Shown in pieces: positions 14,708-27,093 of a stretch of DNA of 64,000 nt. Origin of the DNA: Eledone cirrhosa (Eukaryota); assembly GCA_964016885.1 (NCBI GenBank), contig OZ024744.1, forward strand, positions 25,544,001 through 25,608,000. The letters are read 5' to 3'. Below the pieces are notes generated by a model. That model ran no database searches. It was given only the letters and a program-made list of their open reading frames with translations, and was not told the origin of the DNA. Position numbers and translations under genes: made by a program. The number at the start of each line of letters is the position of its first letter. Positions within the stretch are counted from its first letter, which is position 1.

Positions 14708-17700
14708 CTATAGGCGCATGGTCAGAGTAGGCCCATTCACACGAGCCATTCTCGCCACATTCACCCACCTTTTAGCAAATGTACTGGGGGCAGCACTTCT
14801 CTCTCCACCCTCACCCTCCTTTCCAGGTGAAACTTGAAGAAGTTGATGAGGGATTGGCCGAAGAGAAAAGTGTCTGTCTTTAGTCCTTTCAACCTGGTCC
14901 ACCATATAATCTCTTTCGCAACTGCCACCAGACAGAGGAAAATGTCCTGCTCTTCCTGACCTAAGGAAGGTGGCGGCTCGATCTTCACTATGGACTCGGC
15001 CGATAACTGGATTCGTTCCACACGCGACAGTAGCTGTTCGACATAACTCAACAAGTCAGTAATGCACGGACATTGGACAAGTGCGTGCAGAACGGTTTCG
15101 TCGCTCTGAGCGCATATTGGGCGAGTCCGTCTGACAGCACTTCCGTGCCTGTAGAGTTTATCCCGAACCGGAAGTGCAGCCCGGTAGCACTGCCAAGCGA
15201 GGGATTTCTGGAAATTGTCCATCGTCCCCGGCTCAAAAGTCCTCCGGTACAGACTGGTCAGTTCGACTTCGTCGAGGCCCAAAGCTTCTCCGAGTGCGTC
15301 ATCGCACTTGCCCACCACTAATCCTCTATAAAACTCGAGAGTAGAAGTTCCACTGATCGCATTGCCCGCTTGGTAGAGGGCAGTGAGTGCCTGGCAACAT
15401 TCCAGGTGCCAGTCACCCAGTCTCGGTCTCTTCTTGACCCAGGACTGCAGCTCAGTCAAAGAAATGAGCTGCGGAAAGGCCCGTCTGATAAACGGCGACC
15501 ATACCTGTTCACCATTGAGACAGAATATCTGGAGATATCGCAGCCTCAACGCATGTCTGCGCATCATTAGCCACGGCATGCCCAGCCCTCCGCGTAGAGG
15601 GTGCTGGCAGCAGATGGACCGCCTCACCAACGGAACTTGTCCCCTCCACAAGAATTTGAAGAGGAGCCGTTCCAACTTGACGAGGCGCGGACGGGGGCAG
15701 GGCACGACGGTTAGGCGGTAATAGATGACGGACGCGATGTACGCATTCGCCACCTCCGCGCGACCTTTCAGTGATAGCTTCCTCCCAGCCCATTTTTGGG
15801 TGAGACTGGCTACTCTGCTCGTTACCTCGTCCCAATTCTTTTCCACATGGAGGTCTGGTCCGAACCAAACCCCGAGCAACTTTACTGGTCCGTCCGTCCA
15901 GCGCCCCACGACGCTGTTGGACGGCATGGGCTTGCCTCTCCAGGTTCCGAGCTGCAAGCCCACCGAATTTTCCGGGTTGAGTTTGGCTCCTGTCAACCTT
16001 TCATATTCTTTCAATAAGGTGCCGACCACCTCGATTTCTGAGGTGTTCGACACCATCACGGTGATGTCGTCCGCATAAGCCGACACCGCCTTTCCACGTC
16101 CCGGTTCGAGCGGGATGCCCTGCAACAGCTCCAGCTTCCGCAGTAAAGGCTCGAGAGTCAATACGTACAGAAGGGAAGAGAGAGGGCACCCTTGACGGAC
16201 CGATCGGGAGAGCCGAAATGGTTCCGAGAGGTGGCCATTAACTTTGACCACCGAGCGTGTGCCGCTGTGCATTTCAACGATCCAGCCTCTAAAGACAGGG
16301 CCGAAGCCAGCTGCTTTGAGAACAAACTCCAGATACCGATGGTCGAGCCTATCGAGTGCTTTCGATTGATCTAAATTGATCAGTGCCCCACCGAAGCCAG
16401 GTTTACACCCCACCCTCTCTATGATGTATCGCATGAGGTGGAGATTGTCGTGTATGGACCTGGCTGGGATTGCGCAAGTTTGCGCCTCCCCAACCAAATC
16501 CTCGACGACAAGCGCCAATCTCTTTGCTAACACCTTGGCCAAAATCTTAAACTCTGTGTTGAGCAGAGTTATGGGCCTGAAGTTGTCTAATGTATCCCTC
16601 TTGTTCTCGTCTTTCCTTATCAGCGTCACCACTCCCCTGCTCACAGAACTGGGAATACTCCCATTCTGCTGCCAGTTACAGTAGAGTGCTTCAAGGAGTT
16701 CGGAGAACAAGTGTGGCATATTTACATAAAGCTCGTAGGGCAGGCCATCCAAGCCTGGTGACTTGCGCCTCATGCAGCCGACAAGGGCGTCCTGAATTTC
16801 GGCTGAAGTAATCGGCCTTTCGCAGCGCTCAGCGTCGACCGTCGAGATGCGCGGCAAGCCGTCAAGGTAGGGACTGAAATCCGCTACTCTCTCTGACCCG
16901 CCACTCTCCCCGAACAACCGAGCAAAGTGCTGGCGAAACGCCTCACACATCCGCTTGGAATCGCTTATCTCGTGTCCGTCTCGGTCCGCCAAAGACCGAA
17001 TTGTGGTTTTATTACCACGCTGCGCCTCCGCCACGCGGGCCCATCGAACAGCTTTAGTTCCCTCGTTTCTCAGCGCACGCGCCTTAGCTCTGACAATGCA
17101 ACCTTCGTGTTTGGCATTGAAGAAATGGTCTAATGCCATTCTCGCCGCTAGCACGTCAGTTGCGATGCCACTACAAATAGCCTCGTCTAACTTATCTACC
17201 AGCTCACCCTCCTTTCTATTTTTCTCTAACGCTAGTTCTTTGCTGAACTCTATCGAAGTTACTCTAATCTCTCTTTTGAGAGCCCCCCACCATCTGTTGT
17301 TGATGATCCCCCCCTGTAAACTTTTGCTTAACTAACTTATTGACTCGGTCCCTGTAAGCCTTACGTGCCCGAAATGACATGTTCAGCTTCCAGTAACCCG
17401 GTCCTAACCTACGCGTTTTATTTAGGTCGACCGTACAGATCACAAATTTGTGATCTGAATAGGCGTCCGTTTTAAAAAGTGGACAGCCCACACTATTTCT
17501 ATCTATTTTCCTAATGAAGATTCTGTCTATATACGATCGAGATGACCCCATTCGGTTGGTCCATGTCCATACTGGCACATTGGGGAAATCTAGTCGATAC
17601 CTGTCAGACAGTTGGAACTGGCTGAGTAGGTGCTTGAGGCTTTTGCACCCCCCGCTCCTATCGGCTACTCCCACACAATCCCAGCGTGCGTCTAAGATGC

Positions 17701-18131
17701 CATTCCAGTCCCCCGCTAACAGTAAAGGGCGAGACGTACCCAGAAAGGTCTCCAGGCGCCTAAAGAAGTCAGGTCGTCCGGCCCCTGTAGGGGCGTAGGC
17801 GGCCAGCAGTCTAAAGGCACCACCTTCGCTACTGCTCACATCCAAGACCACCAACTTACCGTCCGGGTCCCGGAAGATCGACCTTACCTCGAGATCCAGT
17901 CCTTTCCTAAACAGCACTGCCACCCACCCACCCCATTCCCGGCCTGCTAACAGATGCGAAGATCTGATAGTCGTCGAAAATGGGGGCTAGTGCACGCGTG
18001 TCGGAAATTCTGGTCTCGCTTACGGCAATCACATCCATTTCCAGCGACCGGAAGTCGTTGAGCAGGCCACCCTGCTTCCAGGGTGACCCCAGGCCGCGAA
18101 CATTTAAACTTCCTACTCTTAATATGGCCAT
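14708..18131 (-). pseudogene. Family C ORF2: AP endonuclease + reverse transcriptase + C-terminal Cys-rich domain (several frameshifts)
   Basis: GSLNVRGL, SET, GDWN, IDRIF, SDH, KSPGLDG, FRPITLLN, QGCPLS and YADD across ORFs 17907..18131, 17264..17923, 14761..17154 and 14708..14905. Confidence 0.92.
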
Positions 18132-18166
18132 ATTGGTAAGCTAAGAGAGAGAGAGGGAAGGTTTAC

Positions 18167-20119
18167 TTACCTCCCGCGTCTTGTGAAGGTCGGGTGGTTC
18201 GACCTCCATGGTTGGTGGGGTTTCTTTGGGAACCCCTTTAAAAGTCTTGATGTGGGTTTCACATTCGGGTTTCCCACGTCTTGAGGAAAGCTCTCTCGAA
18301 TTTCTTTGAAGGAATTGAGTGACATTCGGACCAGAAGCAAATCTTCTGGCACGCAAAATGCGCTCATTTAAAAAATCTCCCCCTCTGTTTGAATGTCCTC
18401 GCTTCGCGCTAAAAGGGCCATCAGTTTATCGTTGGCCCTTCTGACAAGCACGAAGTTTTTAACATTTTGTTGGTGTGGTTTTATTTGTTTTCGTTTTGGT
18501 GAAGGTGGTGGCGATGGTTTTGGTGGTGTTGTTTCGGGTATGTCTATGTTTGTTGTAGGTGTGGTGTCTGCAATTTCTGATATTTGTGTGTTTATTTGTA
18601 CTTGTGTTTGTTTAGGTTGTTTGCGTTTCGGGGATTGTGGAGGTGGTGTCGATGTTGCTGATGCTGCTGATGTTGTTGGGGAAGTGTCTGCGTTAGTGGT
18701 GTCTGTATTTTTTGTTGTGTGTGTTTTTGTGTTTTGTAGGGGCTTTTTTTTGTATGAGTTTTCTCTGTTTTTTTTTGCACTTTTGGGTTTTCCTTCATCT
18801 TCGCTGCTGGAAGACAAAGGGTCTGTGTCTGTGAGTGTCTCTGTGTCTGTGTGTGCGTTTATTTTTTTTTTGTCTATGTATATAGTTGGGGGGGTAGGGG
18901 GAGTGGGAGAGCTTTCCTCGTTTTCTCCTTGGATTGGTTTTGGTGTTGGTGGTGATCCGGCTGCTTTTGATGTTGGTGTCCGTGTTTTTGTTGATGTTGT
19001 TTTTAGTGGTGGTGGTGGTGCAGCTTTCCGTGCTGACACTGGCGTTGGCAACAAAGGAGGTTTGCGACCCCCTGCATTTTTGCGCTGAGGGCAGAAGGCT
19101 TGAAGATGCGTGGCTTCCCCGCAAACGAAGCAGCGTGGCCTTCTTCCGTCAATCATTAGTTGGATTGTTGTCCCGTCCTGCAGGCGGGCAAAATCTGGGA
19201 TGTTATTTATATCCTCCGGTTTCATTTGGAGAAGAATCTCCAAATCCATTCCGGACCAGTCTTCTCTCTCTGTCCTTTTGATGTCCAGGAGGGTGGTGTC
19301 TGTCCTCTCCTCGATTACGCATCCCAGCAGCCACCATATGTTCATTCCTGGTGGGATGCTGGGAATGCGTACCTTCACTGTCCTTTTACCCATATAGGAC
19401 GGATGCATGATAATGCGTTCCGTTCTGCAGGGGATCACAGAGTGCTTAATAGCGAGGGCCTCGGATTTGAACAGTACCGAGATGGTACCGAACTGTTTGC
19501 CTCTTGCTTTGTACTCTATGTTACTTCCGATGTACTCCAACGCAGCCTCTACCTCTGCTTGGCTCGCAAGTTCCACTTTTCGTGTCTGCACCGAAATACA
19601 TCGAAAGAGCACCGTCCTCCTTTGCATGGCCGCTATTGCCTCGTCCGGGATGGTCAGGTTTGCCCAGGACTTCTCCCGTTTAATTAGCCTCCACGCTTTG
19701 GCTAACTGTTCGTCTTTATCGCTAATATCAATATCGATATTCAATAAGCGCTTTGTTTTTGCTGCTGCTGCTGCAGCAAATGTAGTGTTTCTGATGCCCT
19801 TATTGTTGTTGTTGTCATTCTTGCTGTTGCCACCGCTATCCTTGTTTACATTGAAGCTGTCGGTGTTTTTGTCGTTATTGCTCTGAGTTGTTGTTGTTGT
19901 GGTGGTGGTGGTGGTGGCGGTGGTGGTGATGTCGTTTTCAGATGATACTGCTTCTATGCCAGAAGATTGTGATGGTAGCTTTTTAGTTTTGCCTTCACAT
20001 TCAGTAGAGTGGATGACAGGCATGACTGTAGCCGTCGTAGACGTGGTGAAATCTGCAGTGGCTGCCTTTAAACTTTTGACCTGAACGTTGTTTACCGTTT
20101 CAAGGTCGAAAATTTCCAT
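18167..20119 (-). pseudogene. Family C ORF1 (gag-like, zinc knuckle), disrupted near 18368
   Basis: 583-aa ORF with CFVCGEATHLQAFC and Pro/Thr-rich linkers. The continuation 18167..18367 (FKEIRESFPQDVG) aligns with family B YMTLKQKFPKDIG. Confidence 0.85.
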
Positions 20120-20345
20120 AATTTTCTTTTGGTGGGGAAGCGATTTTTTTTCGAAGATTTTAAAAATAAATCTGAATATTCGGGCTTAAAGCCCGAATAT
20201 TGAGAGGTATCCCTCTCTTTCAATCAAGATGTGTACCTTAAGTTTCGTTAATGACAAGAAAATACAAAAAAAAGACACTTTAAAACAGCTTAAAGCTACG
20301 AACCGTTTCCCCCGCAGACTTGTCTGTCTTCACACATGTGCGGCA

Positions 20346-20422
<77 letters not shown>

Positions 20423-20423
<1 letters not shown>

Positions 20424-20977
20424 TGGTGGGAGCATCAACCACCTCCCATACTTGAAAAAGATCACATCTCAATCTTGTGGAACTTTAGCATCCAAACAGA
20501 CCGAAAAATAGATGCAAATAGACCTGATATAATATTGAAGGACTTTCAAAGGAGGGTATGCCTGCTAATTGATATGTCTGTTCCAATAGACAAGAATGTA
20601 TCTATAAAAACATTTGAAAAATTGAGCAAGTATAAGGACCTGGAGATAGAAATTGGAAAAATGTGGAAATTGAGAACTAAAACAATACCAGTGGTTGTAG
20701 GCGCTCTGGGAATGATACCTAAGGGGTCTAACGACTACTTATCGCAAATCCCAGGAAACCCGCGTATAGGAGAAATACAAAAGATAGTACTAATGGGAAC
20801 TGCCCATATACTAAGGAAGATCCTGTCAATATAAGTACATCACAAGTCTAAACACTAAGGATGCATGTGTGAATATGTATGTTCTTTCTTGAACATGGCG
20901 GACCTTGTTGTCTCTTGAGGTCACTGGTTGTGACTTGGTGATAACTCGTATGAACATAAAGCAAGATAAATGCAACT

Positions 20978-20979
<2 letters not shown>
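20423..20979 (+). mobile_element. R4/Dong family 2, 5'-truncated 3' fragment (RLE domain + 3' UTR)
   Basis: WNFSIQTDRKIDANRPDIIL..LLIDMSVP..KLSKYKDL. 3' part near-identical to 24411-24720. (TAA)n on both sides. Confidence 0.92.
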
Positions 20980-21065
<86 letters not shown>

Positions 21066-21908
21066 GGGAAGAAGACGCACGAGGTGGTAGAAGGTCATGA
21101 AATCGCTCCCGTAAGTTTTTGATTTTTAACATATTTAAATCAATTGTGAAATAACAATTCTTAGTACAAATGTTGCATAAACCACCGAATCAGGTCCCAT
21201 AAGGTTTCGGATCCATATTATATTGTTGTATCGCTCAAATATTCAATTTTGTATTATATATTTTGTATTCAAAAAAAGAAAATGGTTATAAATGGGAAAA
21301 AAACACCCTCTGTCTACACTATATAGAATAGCCAAATAAAAGCAATTTCACCAACACCAGAAACTTGATACACCACCTATCCCATCACACTAAATATAAC
21401 AGCCAGATAACGGCAATTTCACCAGCATCATAATAATAATTACTATTAATATTGTCTCACATTTAAAAGAAAATGTTTAATTCCAACTTTACGGGAATAT
21501 GTCAACACAAAATATAATAAAAATATATATTAAACATACGAACACAAACTCATAGATACTAAATATCAGTAACCACAACGCCACCGCTGCCACCACCCTA
21601 CCCCATCCATCATTGCTATCACTATCCCATCGTCGCAGCCACCACTCCTTCAATGCTACCACCACTATTCCCCTGTTAACTTGAGAGAGAAAGGGGAAGG
21701 TGGCGGTATCACTAGACAAGCGAGAGGCTAGCAAAAGATATAAATAGATTGACTTAGTGACCTGGCCACCGGCCAAACGTCAACATCAACAACTATGGGA
21801 CTGCTGGCTCACCCCTTCCTCACCAACAATATAAAAAGCCCCGGCACCACCACCGACATAGCCAACAACAATAACAGCCAACTACAACAAAAAGTATATT
21901 ATATTATT

Positions 21909-21960
21909 GTAATGCACTGGGTGATTGCTGGCCTTGTGCCTGGAGTGGAGACAATTATTA
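21909..21960 (+). repeat. SINE 3' tail fragment
   Basis: GTAATGCACTGGGTGATTGCTGGCCTTGTGCCTGGAGTGGAGACAATTAT is the reverse complement of the SINE end at 25172 and 58410. Confidence 0.7.
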
Positions 21961-22039
21961 ATAATTTCATTCTTAAGCCACGCAATGCTCACATTAAGGA
22001 ACCACTCATGATAATAACAATTTAAAAAAACAACAAAAA

Positions 22040-24728
22040 GAAAACCCCGTGACCAAGAAATACCGGGATGGCGGCCGACGGGGAATAGCCGTATCTCTAG
22101 GGGAGAACGACCCCTCTAGTCTTGGTTGACACTCGTTCTAGAAGTGGTAACACGAAATGATTAGCCCTTGGCGGATAAGGATAAAACGCGACAAAATAAA
22201 GTAAATGTCTAATGATAAAATCTCATACCGGATCGGCCGTCACCCGGGTAAAAAAGGGCCGCGTCCCTCAGAGAGGAACCAGACTGGGGTCGAAAAATCA
22301 GCTAATGGTTCAAACCTTCCCATCACTTCGGAGCTGGAGACCTCCCATAACCGGAATACTCCTACTGTTGGCCCTCCATGCTCACCACCAAGAAATCCAA
22401 AGAAAAAGAGAGAAAAATGGTCAAGGGAAGATAATAAAGAAGTCCTTGAGGCTTTCTACACTGCCATGTACTACCCATTAAATACATCGAATGCAGAACA
22501 GACATATATCAACTGGAAAAAGAAATATCCCGAAAACAGAGGCTATATTGACAGTAACAAACTAGCCAATATACGAAGAAATATTGTAAGAAAAAAGTTA
22601 CTAACTGATATAGAAATTGATCAGATCAAGCTAGTAGCACAAAGTCAGCGAAGGGAAAATGAAACATGTGTCAGTGAAAACGAGGTAAATTGTAACACTT
22701 CGAATCCCAGGGTTGGGGCGGAATCACTGGCAACAGAAAAAATTTAAAAAAGGATCGAAAAAGTGGAGGGAGTGCATGCTCAAGATGAAACTCCAAATGA
22801 AAATAATGAGATCGTAAATGATAAAGAAATGAATGAGAATGAACTTGCCAACTTGAAGGATGAAATTATGATCGAATGGATGAAAATGAATGAATCTGAC
22901 ATGGGGCAACGAGACACCCTCCCTAAGATCCAGAACTCCAAACAGAACCAAAAGATAATACACAAGACTAACATAATTCTCAAAAACATTATCATCACAA
23001 ACAAACTAAACATTACTGATTTAAATCATCTCTATTATGCATCGGCTAAAGTCACCACTCACTTATGTGGAGTGAAGATGAAAACACAAAGGGATTCCCA
23101 CAAGAAATCTACTTGGCAAGATAACATCAATCGCCAAATAAACCTTCTCCGATCTGACATAGAAATTTTAACAAACTATAAAGTAGGTGAACATGTTAAA
23201 CAAACTAAACTTAGAAAATTGAAAAGAAAGTACAGTATAAAATCAACAAGTGATATAGACATGCTGATAGAAATAATCAAGCAAAAAGTGTCGGCCAAAG
23301 CTGCTCGTATAAGGCGCTTTGAAAAACGATCTAGATTCTATAAGGACAATAATATGTTCAAAAACAACCAAAGAAACTTCTACAGAAAAATTGGTAAGTC
23401 AACAATGACTGCTAAATCAATACCACCCAAGGAGGAAGTGCAAGAATTCTGGGAAAAGATTTGGGCCGAAGAAAAAGTTCATAACATACATGCCCCATGG
23501 ATAGACAGACAAATGAAAGATACAGCTCACCTTGAGGAACAAATATGGGAAAATATAACAGTTGAACAGTTGCGCTTGGCTCTAAGAAAAACCAGCAAAT
23601 GGAAATCCCCAGGAAAAGACAAAATACAAAATTTTTGGATAAATGCCTTCACAGAGTCTCATGAGCTGTTAGCCCAACTTTACAATGAAATAGTTAAGGA
23701 GCCAGAAAAGATACCATCATGGCTAGTTAACGGCATTACATTCCTGCTTCCGAAGAATGATGAGACAAACAATCCCAAAAATTACAGACCGATAACTTGC
23801 TTGACCACAATGTATAAAATGTTAACATCAGTCCTAACTGAATACACATATGACCACCTGATAACAAATGACCTATTTCCCATTGAGCAGAAAGGGTGTA
23901 AACGAGGCTCATATGGCTGTAAGGATCAGCTTCTGGTTAACAAAATGATACTGAAAGATTGTCATAATAGACACAAAAATCTATCAATTGCTTGGATAGA
24001 TTATAAAAAAGCATTCGATAGTTTACCACACAGTTGGATTGAAAAATGTTTAGAGATTTTCAAAATATCCCCCGTTGTCAGGAGGTTTATGTCATTCAGT
24101 ATGAAGACATGGAAAACGACACTCCTTTTGAATAGTGAAACAAAATCACTGGTAGCTGGAGAAGTTAATATTAATTGTGGTATTTTTCAGGGTGACTCTT
24201 TATCACCGCTTTTATTCTGCATCGCACTTATACCATTAAGTAAAATGCTCAATGAAACAAAACATGGATATAAAGTCTATGACAAAACCATTAATCACTT
24301 GTTCTACATGGATGACCTGAACCTATTTGCAAAAAATGATGAACAATTGCAAGGGCTATTATCCACTGTGGAGCAGTTCAGTGATGACAATAAAATGGAG
24401 TTTGAACTAGAAAAATGTGGACATTGAGAACTAAAACAATACCAGTGGTTGTAGGCGCTCTGGGAATGATACCTAAGGGGTCTAACGACTACTTATCGCA
24501 AATCCCAGGAAACCCGCGTATAGGAGAAATACAAAAGATAGTACTAATGGGAACTGCCCATATACTAAGGAAGATCCTGTCAATATAAGTACAACACAAG
24601 TCTAAACACTAAGGATGCATGTGTGAATATGTATGTTCTTTCTTGAACATGGCGGACCTTGTTGTCTCTTGAGGTCACTGGTTGTGACTTGGTGATAACT
24701 CGTATGAACATAAAGCAAGATTGATGCA

Positions 24729-24729
<1 letters not shown>
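22040..24729 (+). mobile_element. R4/Dong family 2 element with an internal deletion between the RT and the end of the RLE
   Basis: ORFs 22205..22747 and 22763..24427 (WKSPGKD, YRPITCL, DYKKAFD, FQGDSLSP, FYMDD) jump at about 24420 to the last part of the RLE. Ends in (TAA)n. Confidence 0.9.
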
Positions 24730-25147
<418 letters not shown>

Positions 25148-25171
25148 GACAATTGTCATGATTTCTAATAT

Positions 25172-25359
25172 ATAATTGTTTCTACTTTAGGCACAAGGCC
25201 AGCAATTACCCAGTACATTACTGGTACTTTATTTTATCGACCCCGTAAGGATGAAAGGCAAAGTCAACCTCGGCGGGATTTGAACTCAGATCGTAAAGGG
25301 ACGTAACTCTATGCTGGAAAGCATGTCCGACCCTCTACCGATACTGCCAATCTACCGCC
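25172..25359 (-). mobile_element. tRNA-derived SINE (octopus-type, Meta-domain-like core)
   Basis: Minus strand A-box-like TGGCAGTATCGG, B-box GAGTTCAAATCC, core GCCTTTCATCCTTACGGGGTCGATAAAATAAAAGTACCAG. Several copies in the window. Confidence 0.85.
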
Positions 25360-25616
25360 CTGTGAGTTCTAATATATAATGATTAGAGAACTGCGAGACT
25401 GTCAGAGTTATTTTTTCTGAACAGGTTATTAAAATAAGTTTGATTACTTTGAATAAATCATTAATGAATATTATGTAATTTATTAAGCTTGGTCGGGTCG
25501 TCGGTAAATAAACTGGCAACTCCACCAAACCTGCTTGGTGAGAAGGGTGGTATTTGGACACCCTGCGGGATGAAATGCAATACCCGGATAAGGGCGGAGG
25601 AACTCAGCAGTGTCAA

Positions 25617-25740
25617 CGTCGAAACGGCTTGAGCTCTGCCGTCGGGGTCCTGACTCTTTTCCTATTATCCACTCTACTATCCAAAGTATCGAGTACTCTG
25701 GTGTGCCATGGTCCACCTGGTTCTTTACCAGACTTCCTAT
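25617..25740 (+). repeat. Fragment of the hammerhead-bearing repeat family of 54048 (3' half of the ribozyme only)
   Basis: CGTCGAAACGGCTTGAGCTCTGCCGTCGGGGTCC..CCACTCTACTA matches 54110-54141 and 63614-63730. Confidence 0.75.
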
Positions 25741-26220
25741 ATATATGATATATGATATATATATATATATGTATATGTATATATATCAAAGGCATGTATT
25801 GAGTTAGAAACTCAAAATGGTCTCATTACAGTAAATTAACACTAGGAAAGAGGTTTTTCCTAGAGCTAATTTACTGTCAAGAGACTATTTTGATATATTC
25901 GGTTCCGTTAATTTGTCGAGCTAATTCAAATGTCGAGTAAACCTGGCTGCTATTTAAGTGGCGTGAGTTTGCGAGACACGCTAAGTTCGGGAACCATGTC
26001 CGTTACATATACACACACTATCCATTCTTTTTATTATATTTAGAAGTGATCAGGATACTAATTTCTTCACGCGTTGATGTGATTGGACTTTGGTATTCCG
26101 CTTCACAAATAATATTGCGAAACAGTACTATCAAAAGTGCCCGGGTGAGAAATGCAACAGTAATGGTTGCATTCTTTAAGGGTATGTCAATATTTATTTA
26201 TAAAACTGATCTATATTATA

Positions 26221-26281
26221 TTTTGTCTGATGAAAGCACACCATAATTTAACTTGGTGTCCTTGAAATATGTATAATGAAA
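26221..26281 (+). ncRNA. Type I hammerhead ribozyme
   Basis: UUUUGU-CUGAUGA-AAGCACACCA(loop)UGGUGUCCUU-GAAAU-AUGU-AUA^AUGAAA. Related to 59771-59835. Confidence 0.7.
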
Positions 26282-26322
26282 TAAATATGGTTTTGTAAAT
26301 ATAGTTTCCATTTGTTAATATC

Positions 26323-26398
<76 letters not shown>

Positions 26399-26819
26399 AA
26401 GTGAGTAGCGTATGTGTGCTTGTTTGTATGCATGAGTGTTGGTGTGTGTGCGCGTATGTATGTGTGTGTATATCGTACGTATGAGTGTCAATAAGTGAGT
26501 TTTCTTTATCTTTATGCGCAGGGACATAGAAATAGTCGGGCTGGATACCCGATCGCGCAGTTAAACCACTGGGAGTGAAGAACCCCTAGCCATTGTCAGT
26601 GCATTCTTCTAGGAGAAGGCATATCAGGAAACTGGGATAACTCCGACATAAAACCTGCGGCTCAGTAGTTACCGATGATGTTGATCTTTTCTTCTTTTCG
26701 GGTTATAGCTACTGTCGCTCAGGGAATGGGATTGGTTCAGTGCACAGTCTTTCCTCACTTTAAAAATCTCTTCACGCACAGGCATTGCACGATTGCATTA
26801 ATTAATAATCATTAACAGT

Positions 26820-26884
<65 letters not shown>

Positions 26885-27093
26885 GGCGACCTACGTAGTA
26901 AATCGTATCATCGTGAGCTCCGCAAAAGTTTGTTATTTCCGTTTGTTAAAAATTGCCATTTATGGAAAATTTTTATTGTTAACCATATATAAGCGCACAT
27001 ACATTGTTTTCCGAAAAGGACACCCAAAAAGATTGGGGCCTTGTGTCCAAAATTTAAACTTTTATTATTATCAAAAAATTTCTTTGAGAAAAA

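Larger units (their letters stand above)
14432..20345 (-). mobile_element. Tx1/L1-type LINE family C, full length, frameshifted
   Basis: 5' end abuts (TTA)n at 20347-20422 and the 3' end is AATAAA then (TTA)n. Contains ORF1 and ORF2. Confidence 0.95.

Noticed and set aside
18141-18170. Apparent 30-nt micro-intron GTAAGT...CTCTCTTAG between ORF1 and ORF2 of family C
   Set aside because: Too short for typical metazoan splicing, and families A and B have no AG in the spacer.
25519-25605. Twister-like segment (CAACTCCACC...CCCGGATAAGGGCGGAGG)
   Set aside because: Lacks the conserved twister loop-4 sequence and pseudoknot partners; more likely an RTE-type UTR fragment.
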